A stretch of 64,000 nucleotides of DNA, from positions 1,408,001-1,472,000 of the forward strand of contig OZ255842.1 in NCBI GenBank assembly GCA_965277805.1, read 5' to 3'. Below, one piece after another: positions 1-10,030 of the stretch. A program made the position numbers and the translations under genes. Under the pieces are notes generated by a model. The model worked only from the letters and a program-made list of their open reading frames with translations, made no database searches and was not told the origin of the DNA. The stretch is from Candidatus Lustribacter sp. (GTDB taxonomy: Bacteria; Vulcanimicrobiota; Vulcanimicrobiia; Vulcanimicrobiales; Vulcanimicrobiaceae). How positions within the stretch are numbered: the first letter of the stretch is position 1; each line of letters starts with the position of its first letter.

Positions 1-550
1 GCGCTACGTGTTGCACCGCCACGGCATCGATCCCGAGAAAGACGCGCATCTCGTGCCGGTCGGCAACAACGTCAGCCAGTACCAGGCGTTGCAATCGAAC
101 CGCACGCAAGTTGCGATGATCTCGGCGCCGGCCTCGTGGCAAGCGCAGGCCGCCGGCTACACGCTGCTGGGAACGCAGACGCGTGAGGTCGCCCCCGCCT
201 GGCCCGAGCATATCTATTCGGTGAAGACGAAGTTCCTGGCCGCGAACCGCAATACGCTGGCAGCGCTGCTGCGGGGCCACGTCGCTGCTCTGCGGCTCGC
301 GAAGGCCAACCGCGCGGCCGCGGTCCAGATCTTCATCGACCGGCTGAAGTACACGCCGGAATACGCATCGCGCTCGTACGACGAGCTGATGCCGACCTAC
401 GATGAACGCGGCCGTCTCCCGGACCGTTCGATGAAAGTATTCTGGGATATCCTCGTGCACAACGGCGACGTCAAAGCGCCGATGCCGGACAGCGCAATCC
501 TCGACCGTCAGTTCGTCGACTCGTTCGCGCAGTGGGCGCCGCCGGCGTAG
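1..550 (+). CDS. ABC transporter substrate-binding protein, SsuA/NMT1/THI5 family (5'-truncated by window edge)
   Basis: C-terminal half resembles the in-window paralog 3664-4653 (DPEKD, APxWPxH, LRGHVAALRLA, SMxVFWDI). Confidence 0.8.
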   Translation, partial: RYVLHRHGIDPEKDAHLVPVGNNVSQYQALQSNRTQVAMISAPASWQAQAAGYTLLGTQTREVAPAWPEHIYSVKTKFLAANRNTLAALLRGHVAALRLAKANRAAAVQIFIDRLKYTPEYASRSYDELMPTYDERGRLPDRSMKVFWDILVHNGDVKAPMPDSAILDRQFVDSFAQWAPPA

Positions 551-1372
551 GTGATCGCGAAACCGCTACCGGAGCGCGATCCGGCCGACGAAGGACCGAT
601 CGGGACGCTGGCGCGAGGATTACACGTTCTCTCGCGCGTTGCCGCAGCCCGTGGGCCGATCGGCGTGACCGAGCTCGCGCAGCGCTCGCAACTTGACAAG
701 GCCACCACCTATCGCCTTGCGTGCAAGCTCGTCACGCTCGGCTATCTCGAGCGCGACGAAGACGGCAAATTTCACCTCAGCCTGCACGTGCTCGACCTCG
801 GCTTCGCCTATTTGGCCTCGCTCGATCTGCGCACCCAAGCGCTGCCCGAAATGCGGCGGCTGCACGACGAGTATGACGGCGCGATCACGCTCTCGGTGCT
901 CGACCAGACCGACATCGTCTACGTCGAACGCATCTCGCCGAAGGGCCTGCAGGCGAGCATGCCCGTCGGCGTCGGGGCGCGGCTGCCAGTGCACTGCACC
1001 GCAATGGGCAAGGTGATCCTTGCGAATATCGCTCCCGAGCGGCTGGCGCCGTTGCTCGAGCGCATGGAGTTCACGCAGTGGACGCAGCGCACGATCGGAA
1101 CGCGGGCCGCGTTCGAAGCCGAATTGGAGCGCACGCGCGCGCGCGGCTTCGGCCTGATCGATCAAGAGATGATCGAAGGGCTGCGCGCGGTGGCGAGCCC
1201 GATTTTCGACCGGCACGGTACGCCGATTGCGGCGCTCTCGGTTGCGTTGCCGGTCCAAGCCTGTAGTCTCGACCACCTCCTGGGTAGCGTTGGTCCGCGC
1301 GTCGTAACAGCCGGAAAGATCGTTTCATCTCATCTCGGCGCCGAAGGGGTTCGGCCGCCGGGGTTTCACTGA
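551..1372 (+). CDS. IclR family transcriptional regulator
   Basis: N-terminal HTH (LARGLHVL...ELAQRSQLDKATTYRL) and C-terminal signature GARLPVHCTAMGKVILA ... GLRAVASPI. Confidence 0.93.
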   Translation: MIAKPLPERDPADEGPIGTLARGLHVLSRVAAARGPIGVTELAQRSQLDKATTYRLACKLVTLGYLERDEDGKFHLSLHVLDLGFAYLASLDLRTQALPEMRRLHDEYDGAITLSVLDQTDIVYVERISPKGLQASMPVGVGARLPVHCTAMGKVILANIAPERLAPLLERMEFTQWTQRTIGTRAAFEAELERTRARGFGLIDQEMIEGLRAVASPIFDRHGTPIAALSVALPVQACSLDHLLGSVGPRVVTAGKIVSSHLGAEGVRPPGFH

Positions 1373-1383
1373 CGGAGCACGGT

Positions 1384-2514
1384 ATGGTTGATCTCGCGGC
1401 CGATCTCGAATTACGTCTGACGCGGGTGCAGAGCGCCATGCGCGCGGCCGCGCTCGACGGGCTCGTCATCTATTACGGCGGGCAGCACAACATGCTGCGC
1501 ATGGATCAGATCGCATACCTGACGGATTATCGCACTCTGGGGCCGGCGGTACTCGCCGTGCCGCGCGAGGGCATTCCGGAACTGATCATGTCGCCGGTGT
1601 GGGATGCCGAACGCGCTGAGGAAACCAAAGCGCGCGTGCGCGTCACCGCGGTTACGCCCGACCGCTTGCTCCAAACCGGCGCCGCCGTGGCGAAGACGCT
1701 GCCCGGACGCATCGGTCTCTCCGGCCGTCCGGTCATGCCGATTGCCGCGTTCGACGAGTTTTCGCGCGCGTACGGCGGCGAGCTGCTCGACGGCGAGACG
1801 ATCGTGACCACGGTCGGCGCGACGCGCACGCCGGGCGAACTCGAACGGGTCGAGCACGCCGCGAAGATCGCCGATCAGGGCTTCGAAGCGCTGCGCGAAA
1901 CGGTGCACGTCGGCATGCGCGAGTACGAATTGGCGGCCGAGATCGAGGCCGTGATGCACGCCGCGGGCGCCGAGGACAACTTCGGCTTGATCGCTGCCGG
2001 TTCGCACAACGTGGCCATCCGGCCGCCGACCGATCGCCGGCTCGAAGAAGGCGACGTAATCATCGGCGAGATCACGCCCTGCTATCGCGGCTATCTGGCG
2101 CAACTTTGCCGCACGTATATTTTGGGCGAACCGACCGACATCCAGCGTTCGACCTACGACATGCTGCTGGCCGCGCTGGTCGAGGGAAAAACCGCCGCGA
2201 AGCCGGGCCGGCCGAGTGCCGAGATCGCGCGCGCGATCAACGGCGTGATCGGCGCTGCCGGTTACGAAGAGTATTGCAAGCCGCCGTACATGCGCACGCG
2301 CGGTCACGGCCTGGGCCTCGGGGGTGTTGTTCCCTACGATATCACCGACGGCGCGAGCCCGAAGCTCGAGTGCAACATGACGATGGTGATCCATCCCAAC
2401 CAGTACGTTCCGGAAACCGGCTACATGATGTGCGGCGATACGGTCGTCATCGAAGAGAACGGCCCGCGCGCGCTCACCAAAACGCCGCTCAAGCTATACT
2501 GGAAAGAAGCGTAG
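1384..2514 (+). CDS. M24 (creatinase/prolidase-fold) protein with non-canonical metal ligands
   Basis: Creatinase-N domain plus pita-bread domain (GMREYELAAE, GYLAQLCRT, GHGLGL, VIHPN). Confidence 0.8.
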   Translation: MVDLAADLELRLTRVQSAMRAAALDGLVIYYGGQHNMLRMDQIAYLTDYRTLGPAVLAVPREGIPELIMSPVWDAERAEETKARVRVTAVTPDRLLQTGAAVAKTLPGRIGLSGRPVMPIAAFDEFSRAYGGELLDGETIVTTVGATRTPGELERVEHAAKIADQGFEALRETVHVGMREYELAAEIEAVMHAAGAEDNFGLIAAGSHNVAIRPPTDRRLEEGDVIIGEITPCYRGYLAQLCRTYILGEPTDIQRSTYDMLLAALVEGKTAAKPGRPSAEIARAINGVIGAAGYEEYCKPPYMRTRGHGLGLGGVVPYDITDGASPKLECNMTMVIHPNQYVPETGYMMCGDTVVIEENGPRALTKTPLKLYWKEA

Positions 2515-2518
2515 CTTC

Positions 2519-3667
2519 GTGCAAACCCTGCATACCGTACTCAAGCACGGCGGCTTGTTTTCGGATTGGGACCTGCTGCCGCGGCCGATGTTCGAAGGAC
2601 GCTACGCACGCATCCAAGCGGCCATCGCGGCCAGCGGCGACGATGCGTGGGTGATCTACGGCGATGCGCAGCGCTATGGCGACATCGCCTATGCGAGCCA
2701 TTTCGTGCCCCGTTTACGTTCCGTGCTCGTGCTGATTCCGAAGACCGGCAAGCCCGATCTGCTGGCGAGCATCGGTTCGCGCGACATCCCCGCATCGAAG
2801 ATCCTGACCTGGTTCGAGGAGATGCGACCGTACACGCGGTTGCCGGGCGAAGCCGTGAAGCTGATCAACGACCGGAATCTCAGCGCGGCGCGCATCGGGC
2901 TCGTCGGCACGCGCGTGTCGCTGCCGATCGCCGAATGGGACGCGATCGCGGCGGAGTTGCCCAACGTCACGTGGACGGAGCGCGATGCGGAGTTCGCCGA
3001 ACTGCGCCGCACGAAAGATGCGGCGGAAGATCTCGCCTTGCGCCGCACGGCCGAAGCCGTCGCCGCCGGGATGCGGGTTGCCGAGCACGCGCTGCGGCCG
3101 GGCCGCACCGTGCGCGAAGCGACGGCCGAGATCGATCGCGAACTGCGTTTCGCGGCCGCCGAAGACATCCGGATCATGATTGCGAGCGGCGCCGCCGCCG
3201 GCGTCGGCCTGCGGCCACCCGACGAACGCATGCTGCACGAAGGCGACACGGTGTTGCTGCACATTCAGCTCGAAGTGCAGCGCTACTGGTCGCAGGCCTC
3301 GCGCACGTTCGTGCTCGGAGATGCCTCGGGTTTGCAATCCAGCTTGACGGCGCATGCGGACGCGGCGCTGGCGGCAATGATCGCGCACGTCGCCGGCGGC
3401 GTTGCTGCGTCGGTCGTGGCGGCCGCCGCAAAGACGGCGCTCGGCGATGAGCTCTTTGCCGTAGCCCACGAATACGGTCTGGGTTCGGGGATCGGGCTCG
3501 ACGCGCACGAACCGCCCACGATCGCCATCGATTCAAACGAGGCGATCCCGAACGACGGCGCGCTCTCGCTGCACGTCGTGCTGCACGAAGACGGCTACGG
3601 CGCCATCGCCGGCAACACCGTACTGATTCGCAAAGGCGTTGCCACCGTGTTAGGAGCATCCGCATGA
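2519..3667 (+). CDS. M24-fold protein, degenerate paralog
   Basis: Same architecture (LRRTKDAAE, RYWSQASRT, GSGIGLDAHE) but most canonical metal ligands are missing; GTG start. Confidence 0.72.
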   Translation: MQTLHTVLKHGGLFSDWDLLPRPMFEGRYARIQAAIAASGDDAWVIYGDAQRYGDIAYASHFVPRLRSVLVLIPKTGKPDLLASIGSRDIPASKILTWFEEMRPYTRLPGEAVKLINDRNLSAARIGLVGTRVSLPIAEWDAIAAELPNVTWTERDAEFAELRRTKDAAEDLALRRTAEAVAAGMRVAEHALRPGRTVREATAEIDRELRFAAAEDIRIMIASGAAAGVGLRPPDERMLHEGDTVLLHIQLEVQRYWSQASRTFVLGDASGLQSSLTAHADAALAAMIAHVAGGVAASVVAAAAKTALGDELFAVAHEYGLGSGIGLDAHEPPTIAIDSNEAIPNDGALSLHVVLHEDGYGAIAGNTVLIRKGVATVLGASA

Positions 3668-4653
3668 TCACACGCCGCGAGCTCATCGCTGCCGGGTTGT
3701 CCGCCGGCGCGCTGGGCGCGCTGGGCCGTCCGGCCGCGGCTGCATTCCCGCCGCCCGAACAGTCCAGCATCAAGGTCGGCACCGCGGTGACGGCGATGTC
3801 GTTTCTGCCGGTGTACGTCGCTTATGCGCGGACGTGGAAAGCGCAGGGGCTCGACGTGCAGCTCTTCCAGTTCCGCGGCGATGCGGAAGTTGCGCAAGCG
3901 CTGGTCGGCGGATCGATCGACGTGAGCTTCGGCTCGCTCAACGGCGTGATCAACATGATCTCATCGAACCAGCCGGTGATCGGGTTTTACGGCGGCTTCC
4001 AGCAAGCCGATTTCTCGTGGCTCGCGCAGCCGAGCGTCAAGCACTGGGGTGACATGAAGGGCAAGTCGGTCGGCATCTCGACCTACGGCTCGCTGACCGA
4101 CGCGCTCACCCGTTATGCGATTCGCCACAACAAACTCGATCCGGAGAAGGACGTGCAGGTCGCGCAGGTCGGCACGACCGCAAATACCTATCAGGCGCTG
4201 AAGTCGGGCCGCATCGGTGCCGGCATCCTTTCGCCGCCGTTCAGCTGGCAAGCGCAAGACGAAGGCTTCACGCTGATCGGCACGCAGAAGACCGACGTCG
4301 CGCCGAAATGGCCGAAGCATCTGATCAGCGCGAAGACCGCGTTCATCAACGCCAACCCGCACACGTGCGAAGCCGTGCTCCGCGGACACGTCGCCGCATT
4401 GCGTCTCGCGCACAAAGATCGCGAAGGCACGGCCCAAATCATGGTGGACCAGCTCAAGATCACGAAAGAGTTCGCCCTGCGCGCGGTCGACGTGGAGCTG
4501 CCGGATTACGACGAGCACGGCCTCATGCCGGAGAAGTCGATGCCGGTGTTCTGGGATATCACGAAGCAGCTGGGCGATGTGACGAGCGCGTGGGATGAGA
4601 ACAAGTACCTCGATCACCGGTTTATGAACTCGTTCAAGACGTGGGCCCCCTGA
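3664..4653 (+). CDS. ABC substrate-binding protein, SsuA/NMT1 family, Tat-type signal
   Basis: TRRELI twin-arginine signal; GLDVQL...ALVGGSID...DMKGKSVG pattern; directly upstream of ATPase and permeases. Confidence 0.88.
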   Translation: MITRRELIAAGLSAGALGALGRPAAAAFPPPEQSSIKVGTAVTAMSFLPVYVAYARTWKAQGLDVQLFQFRGDAEVAQALVGGSIDVSFGSLNGVINMISSNQPVIGFYGGFQQADFSWLAQPSVKHWGDMKGKSVGISTYGSLTDALTRYAIRHNKLDPEKDVQVAQVGTTANTYQALKSGRIGAGILSPPFSWQAQDEGFTLIGTQKTDVAPKWPKHLISAKTAFINANPHTCEAVLRGHVAALRLAHKDREGTAQIMVDQLKITKEFALRAVDVELPDYDEHGLMPEKSMPVFWDITKQLGDVTSAWDENKYLDHRFMNSFKTWAP

Positions 4654-4662
4654 GGAGCATCC

Positions 4663-5484
4663 GTGGCGCATCTTGAGATCGATGGGGTCAGTCTCGCGTA
4701 TCCGAATGCGCGCGAGCACTCGACTTTTCTCGCGCTCGATTCCATCGGTCTCGGCGTCGAACGCGGCGAATTCATAACGATCGTCGGTCCGAGCGGCTGC
4801 GGCAAGAGCAGCCTGTTGATGCTCATCGCCGCGCTGCTGCAGCCGACCAGCGGCAGCATCCGGCTCAACGGGCAGCCCGTGGTCACGCCCGGATCGGATC
4901 GCGCGCTGGTCTTTCAAGACTTCGCGCTGCTGCCGTGGCGCACCGTGCTCAAGAACGTGGAGCTGGGACTCGAACTCAACGGCACGCCCGCGGCCGAACG
5001 GAAAGCGATTGCGCAAAAGTACATCGCAATGGTCGGTTTGCGCGAGTTCGAAAGTCACTTTCCGCATCAGCTCTCGGGCGGGATGCGCCAGCGCGTCGGC
5101 ATCGCGCGCGCGCTCAGCGTCGGCCCGGAAGTGCTCTTGATGGACGAGCCGTTCGGCGCGCTCGATGCGCAGATCCGTCAAGTGATGGCGGTCGAGCTGC
5201 TGAAGATCTGGGAGCGCGACCGTAAGACGATCGTGTTCATCACGCACGACATCGATGAGGCCGTGTTCCTGGCCGATCGCGTGATCGTGATGAGCGCTTC
5301 GCCGGGCCGCGTGATCGAGACGATACCGGTCGACCTGCCGCGTCCGCGACCGCTGACGCTGCGTAACCATCCCGATTTCGTGGCGTACCGCCAACGCATC
5401 TGGGATCTGCTCGAAGAGCAGGTCCGCTCTTCGCTCAACTGGCAGGCGAGCGATGAGGCGCCGCCTCTGGCTCCGGTGACGTGA
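4663..5484 (+). CDS. ABC transporter ATP-binding protein (TauB/SsuB/NrtD-like)
   Basis: Walker A GPSGCGKS, signature LSGGMRQR, Walker B LLMDEPFGALD, H-loop ITHD. Confidence 0.96.
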   Translation: MAHLEIDGVSLAYPNAREHSTFLALDSIGLGVERGEFITIVGPSGCGKSSLLMLIAALLQPTSGSIRLNGQPVVTPGSDRALVFQDFALLPWRTVLKNVELGLELNGTPAAERKAIAQKYIAMVGLREFESHFPHQLSGGMRQRVGIARALSVGPEVLLMDEPFGALDAQIRQVMAVELLKIWERDRKTIVFITHDIDEAVFLADRVIVMSASPGRVIETIPVDLPRPRPLTLRNHPDFVAYRQRIWDLLEEQVRSSLNWQASDEAPPLAPVT

Positions 5485-6242
5485 GGCTCTCGCGCCGGCT
5501 GGTGGTCGGCTCGATCTCGGTGCTCGCGTTCCTCGCGCTGTGGCAGTTTGTCGGCCAGCGCGAGATCGTGCGTTCCGACTTGATCTCTTACCCGACCGAA
5601 GTGCTGGCCACGTTCGTTCACCTTACCTCGACGGGCGAGCTCGGGACGAACGCCGCGGTCACGTTGCAAGAGTTCATCGAAGGCTTCGTTCCGTCGGTCG
5701 TTATCGGCATCATATTCGGCGTCGCGCTGGCGTTGATCCGCCCGCTGCGCGAGTTGCTCGATCCGCTGCTGACCGCGATCTACAACGCGCCGGTGATCGC
5801 TTTCATTCCGATCCTCGTCGTGTGGTTCGGCGTCGGGACGTACTCCAAGATCGTGATCGTCTTTATCAGCGCGATCTTCCCGGTCATCATCAATACGCGC
5901 CTCGGCGTCTCGGAGATCGCCGAGCCGTGGCTGCGCGCGGTGCGCTCCTTCGGCGCCGGCCAGCTGCAGATCGTCACGAAGGTGATTCTGCCGGGTTCGA
6001 TGCCGGCGATCATGGCCGGTATTCGCCTCGGGCTCGGTCGCGCGATCGTCGGCTTAATCGCCGGCGAGATGTACGTTTCGCTCAGCGGCATCGGACGGAT
6101 GATTCAGGTCTACAGCAGCGCCGCGCGGTCTTCCGAGATCATCGTTTTGGTCGTCGTGATCGCCGTGTTCGGCTACGCGTGCGTCGCGCTCTTGCGGAGC
6201 GCGGAGAATCGATTGGGGACGTGGCGGTCGGATCTGGAGTAG
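5481..6242 (+). CDS. ABC transporter permease (TauC/SsuC-like)
   Basis: Multiple TM helices, EAA-like loop AVRSFGA...KVILPGSMP, AGEM. Confidence 0.92.
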   Translation: MRLSRRLVVGSISVLAFLALWQFVGQREIVRSDLISYPTEVLATFVHLTSTGELGTNAAVTLQEFIEGFVPSVVIGIIFGVALALIRPLRELLDPLLTAIYNAPVIAFIPILVVWFGVGTYSKIVIVFISAIFPVIINTRLGVSEIAEPWLRAVRSFGAGQLQIVTKVILPGSMPAIMAGIRLGLGRAIVGLIAGEMYVSLSGIGRMIQVYSSAARSSEIIVLVVVIAVFGYACVALLRSAENRLGTWRSDLE

Positions 6243-7027
6243 CGTCGCTACGGCCGATCGCGCTGCCGGCGTTCCGCTCGAAGAATCGCGCGACGCTGCT
6301 GGGCATTCTCGGCGTCGTCCTGTTCGTCGGCTTATGGGAGCTTGCGGCGCAGGTCGGCTGGCTCAATCCGGTCATCCTGAGCAGTCCGAGCCGCATCGCC
6401 GTGGCGTTTGCCGCGCAGTGGCAATCCGGGCAGTTCATCGCCGATCTGGGCGTGAGCCTCTCCGAACTCGTGATCGGCTTCGCGCTCTCGGCGGTGGTCG
6501 GCGTCGGCGTGGGCATCGCGATGGGCCTCAACCGCACGACCGAGTACGCGTTCGATCCGTTCGTCTGGTTTCTCTACTCGACGCCGCTGGTCGCGCTCTA
6601 TCCGCTGATCGTCGTGTGGCTCGGCTTCGGGTTCTGGACCGTCATTGCCATCACGTTTATGCTGACGGTCATTCCGATCGCGGTCAACACGCTCTCCGGC
6701 GTGCGCTCGGTCGATCCGTCACTCGTCGCCGCGGTGCGGGTGTTCGGCGGCACGCGAACCGATGTGGTTTTAAAGGCGGTGCTGCCGGCATCGTTGCCGC
6801 ACGTGATGGCGGGCTTCCGGATCGGGCTCAGCCGCGCGCTGATCGGCGTCGTCCTCGGTGAGATGTTCAGCTCCAACGCCGGCCTCGGTTTCCGGATGAC
6901 GGTCTACGCCGCCCACTTGAAAACGGCCGACGTGTTCGTGCCGCTGGTTGCTTTCGTCGCGATCGGGCTCGTGACGACCCAGTTGGCGCTGTTGCTCGAA
7001 GGGCGGCTGCAGAGTTGGAAGAGCTGA
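6221..7027 (+). CDS. ABC transporter permease (TauC/SsuC-like), second subunit; start approximate
   Basis: 3' part of ORF 5540-7027: TM helices, AVRVFGG...VLPASLP, LGEMF...GLG; GTG at 6221. Confidence 0.88.
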   Translation: MAVGSGVASLRPIALPAFRSKNRATLLGILGVVLFVGLWELAAQVGWLNPVILSSPSRIAVAFAAQWQSGQFIADLGVSLSELVIGFALSAVVGVGVGIAMGLNRTTEYAFDPFVWFLYSTPLVALYPLIVVWLGFGFWTVIAITFMLTVIPIAVNTLSGVRSVDPSLVAAVRVFGGTRTDVVLKAVLPASLPHVMAGFRIGLSRALIGVVLGEMFSSNAGLGFRMTVYAAHLKTADVFVPLVAFVAIGLVTTQLALLLEGRLQSWKS

Positions 7028-7052
7028 TACCGGGCCTGCCGAACCTATCCAC

Positions 7053-8375
7053 GTGTTAACTCAGCAAGCTGAACCGCTCAGCGCTCCCGGTAGTTGGGCC
7101 AGCCAATACATCCGGGGCGACCAGGTCAATTCGGAGATCTACACGAGCCCCGAAATCTTCGAGCGCGAAGTTCAGAAGATCTTTCACGCCACATGGAATT
7201 ACGTCGCGCATGAAAGCGAGATTCCCAATCACGGCGACTTCGTCACCCGCGTGATCGGCCGCCAGCCGGTGGTCGTCGTCCGCGGCGACGACGGCGTTGC
7301 CCGCGTCGTGATGAACCGCTGCCGCCACCGCGGCGCCCTCATTTGCGAAGTGCAGCGCGGCAGCCAATCGCACTTCCGGTGCTTCTATCACGGCTGGACG
7401 TACGACAACACCGGCAAACTGATCCACATTCCGAAAGACGACGGCTATCCGCCGGACTTCGATCTTGCCGCGTATAGCTTGACGCCGGCGCCGCGCGTCG
7501 ACACCTATCGCGGGTTTATCTTCGCCAGCGTCAACCCGTCCGTCGGCTCGTTGAAAGAATTCCTGGGGCTCTCGGCCGCCAAGATCGACCTGATGATCGA
7601 TGCGTCGCCCACCGGCGAGCTCTTTCTCGACGCCGGCATTCACAAGACGACGTATCGCGGCAATTGGAAATTCGTCGGCATGGACGGCTATCATCCGCCG
7701 GTGGTCCATCAGTCCGCCTTCGAGATCTTCCGGCGCAAGGCTGTCGCCGAACACGGCGGTGAAGACTCCGCCGCAGCGCAAGCCCCGCGCAAGACGATGA
7801 ACGAGTCGCCGCTCGCGGTTTCGCGCGATCTCGGCGGCGGGCACGTGATGCTTGACGTCGTGCCGCACCGCATCTCCGAGAAAGACCATCACCTCGCGTC
7901 GATGCGCCGCCAGCAAGACGGCGAAGCCTACATCGCTGCGATGACGGCGGCGTACGGCGCCGAGCGCGGCAGCGAGCTGATCGCCATCGGCGGCGACCCG
8001 CACCTCGGCATCTTTCCGAACCTGCAACTGATCAACCAGCACGTTCGCGTCACCGTGCCGATCGCCGCCGACCGCACCGATGTCTTCCTTTATCCGGTGC
8101 GCTTGGGCGGCGTCAGCGATGCCATGAACGAGAAACGTCTGCGCAAGCACGAAGAGTTCTACGGCGCCGCCGGTATGGGCCAACCCGACGACACCGAGAT
8201 CTTCGAACGCAACACCGACGGGCTGCAAGCGACCGTGAACCCGTGGATCGAACTCTCGCGCGGGCGCAACCGGGAATACGTCGATACCGACGGCTCGATC
8301 GTCGGCAAGATCAGCGACGAGGTCACGCAGCGCGGGCAGATGCGCGAATGGGCGCGCCTGATGAGCGCATCGTGA
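7053..8375 (+). CDS. Aromatic ring-hydroxylating (Rieske) oxygenase, alpha subunit
   Basis: Rieske motif CRHRG...CFYHGW; mononuclear Fe motif DGYHPPVVH ... DDTE. Confidence 0.95.
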   Translation: MLTQQAEPLSAPGSWASQYIRGDQVNSEIYTSPEIFEREVQKIFHATWNYVAHESEIPNHGDFVTRVIGRQPVVVVRGDDGVARVVMNRCRHRGALICEVQRGSQSHFRCFYHGWTYDNTGKLIHIPKDDGYPPDFDLAAYSLTPAPRVDTYRGFIFASVNPSVGSLKEFLGLSAAKIDLMIDASPTGELFLDAGIHKTTYRGNWKFVGMDGYHPPVVHQSAFEIFRRKAVAEHGGEDSAAAQAPRKTMNESPLAVSRDLGGGHVMLDVVPHRISEKDHHLASMRRQQDGEAYIAAMTAAYGAERGSELIAIGGDPHLGIFPNLQLINQHVRVTVPIAADRTDVFLYPVRLGGVSDAMNEKRLRKHEEFYGAAGMGQPDDTEIFERNTDGLQATVNPWIELSRGRNREYVDTDGSIVGKISDEVTQRGQMREWARLMSAS

Positions 8376-8854
8376 CCGTCATCGACGTCGACTTGCAGCG
8401 GGCGGTCGAGCAGTTCTTGTATCGCGAGGCGCGCGTCATCGACGCCAACGATTACAAGACCTGGATGACGATGTGGGCCGATGAGTGCATATACTGGGTG
8501 CCTAGCAACGACGACGATTCCGACCCGCAGAAGAAGGTCGCGCTGATCTACGACGATCACAAACAGATCGAGGATCGCGTGTGGCGTCTTTCCGGCATGC
8601 ACGCTCACGCGCAACGGCCCAAGTCGCGCCTTTCGCGCGTCATCTCGAACATCGAAATCGAGCAAAAGGGCGATGAGATCGTGGTCAACTCGGCCTTCGT
8701 GCTGTGCGAAGTTCGCAAGAACGAAACGCGGTTCTGGGCCGGACGCAATCTGCACGTGCTCGAGCAGACGGACGACAGCTTCGTGATGAAGTTGAAGAAG
8801 GTCATGCTCGCCAACAACGACACTGTCGTTTCGAACCTGACGTTCATCATCTAG
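8372..8854 (+). CDS. Aromatic ring-hydroxylating oxygenase, beta subunit
   Basis: EQFLYREARVID...W...YWVP...RVWRL...SRVISN...LKKVMLAN; GTG start overlaps the alpha stop. Confidence 0.93.
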   Translation: MTVIDVDLQRAVEQFLYREARVIDANDYKTWMTMWADECIYWVPSNDDDSDPQKKVALIYDDHKQIEDRVWRLSGMHAHAQRPKSRLSRVISNIEIEQKGDEIVVNSAFVLCEVRKNETRFWAGRNLHVLEQTDDSFVMKLKKVMLANNDTVVSNLTFII

Positions 8855-10030
8855 ATGCTACGTCAGGCTCTCGCCGCCGCGCTGCTCGCGTGTTTGACCG
8901 GGTGGTCCCTTCCGGCCGCAGCGCAGCCGGCGCCGGTCAAGATCGACGTCATCGCATCGCAGAGCGGCAGCTTCGCCTTCGTCGGTTCGCGCGTCATCGA
9001 CACGTTGAACGTCTTGCAGAAGGTCGTCAACGACGGCGGCGGCATCAACGGCAAGCCGGTGCAGTTCGTCTACTCGGACGATCAGTCGAATGCGGTGGTG
9101 GCGGTACAACTCGCCAACGCCGCGATCGCGCGCGGCGATCAGGTGCTGCTCGGACCGGTGTCGGCCGCCGCGTGCGCCGCCGTGATTCCGCTGACCGCGG
9201 CGAGCGGTCCGGTGAACTATTGCTTCTCGCCGGTGACGGTCGGGCCGCCGGGCGGTTACGTTTTTACCTCGGGTGCCGGAACCGCTTCGAACAACGTCGT
9301 GATGGTCCGGTTCTTTCGGAACAAGGGCTGGAAGCGGGTCGCGATCTTGGCTGCGACCGACGCGAGCTGCCGGGACGGGGAGCATTTCATCGACGATGCG
9401 CTGCGCATGCCCGAGAACCGCGAGATGCTGGTCGTCGCGCGCGAGCACTTCGCGCCGGCTGATTTGAGCGTTGCCGCGCAGGTCGCGCATCTCAAGGCCG
9501 CCGGGCCGCAGGCGATTTTGACGTGCGCGAGCGGCACGATCTTCGGGACCGTGCTGCACGGGCTCCACGACGCGGGCCTCGATCTTCCTACCGCGGCTTC
9601 GTCGGCCAACATGGTGTACGCGCAGTTGGCGGACTACGCATCGATCGTTCCGCGCGAACTCTATTTCGCCGCAACGCGCGGCATCGTACCCGACACGACG
9701 CTCGGAAAAGGCCCGGTCAAAGACGCGCAGGACCGCTATTTTGCCGCATTCCGCGCGGCTAAGGTGCGGCCGGAGTTTCAGGCGACGTTGGCTTGGGATC
9801 AAGGCATGATCGTGATCGCGGCGCTGCGCCATGCCGGCGGGCAGCCGACGGCGGCCAAGATCCATAGCTACATCGAAGACATTCACGACTACCCCGGCAT
9901 CTCGGGGATCTATTACTTCCGCGACAACAGCCAGCGCGGAATCGGGGAGAACGCGTTGCAAGTCTATCGTTGGGACGGACCAAAGGCGACCTTCGCGGTC
10001 GTAAGCCGTCCGGCGGGCCGGTTGAAGTGA
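8855..10030 (+). CDS. LivJ/LivK-type (PBP1) ABC substrate-binding protein
   Basis: Signal peptide; VNDGGGINGKPV..DDQS; paralog of 36741-37937. Confidence 0.85.
   Translation: MLRQALAAALLACLTGWSLPAAAQPAPVKIDVIASQSGSFAFVGSRVIDTLNVLQKVVNDGGGINGKPVQFVYSDDQSNAVVAVQLANAAIARGDQVLLGPVSAAACAAVIPLTAASGPVNYCFSPVTVGPPGGYVFTSGAGTASNNVVMVRFFRNKGWKRVAILAATDASCRDGEHFIDDALRMPENREMLVVAREHFAPADLSVAAQVAHLKAAGPQAILTCASGTIFGTVLHGLHDAGLDLPTAASSANMVYAQLADYASIVPRELYFAATRGIVPDTTLGKGPVKDAQDRYFAAFRAAKVRPEFQATLAWDQGMIVIAALRHAGGQPTAAKIHSYIEDIHDYPGISGIYYFRDNSQRGIGENALQVYRWDGPKATFAVVSRPAGRLK

Noticed and set aside
3961-5394. Long antisense ORFs (also 8858-10075, 29507-31177, 50457-52178, 57561-59753)
   Set aside because: Shadow ORFs opposite well-supported genes, as expected in GC-rich DNA; no motifs of their own.
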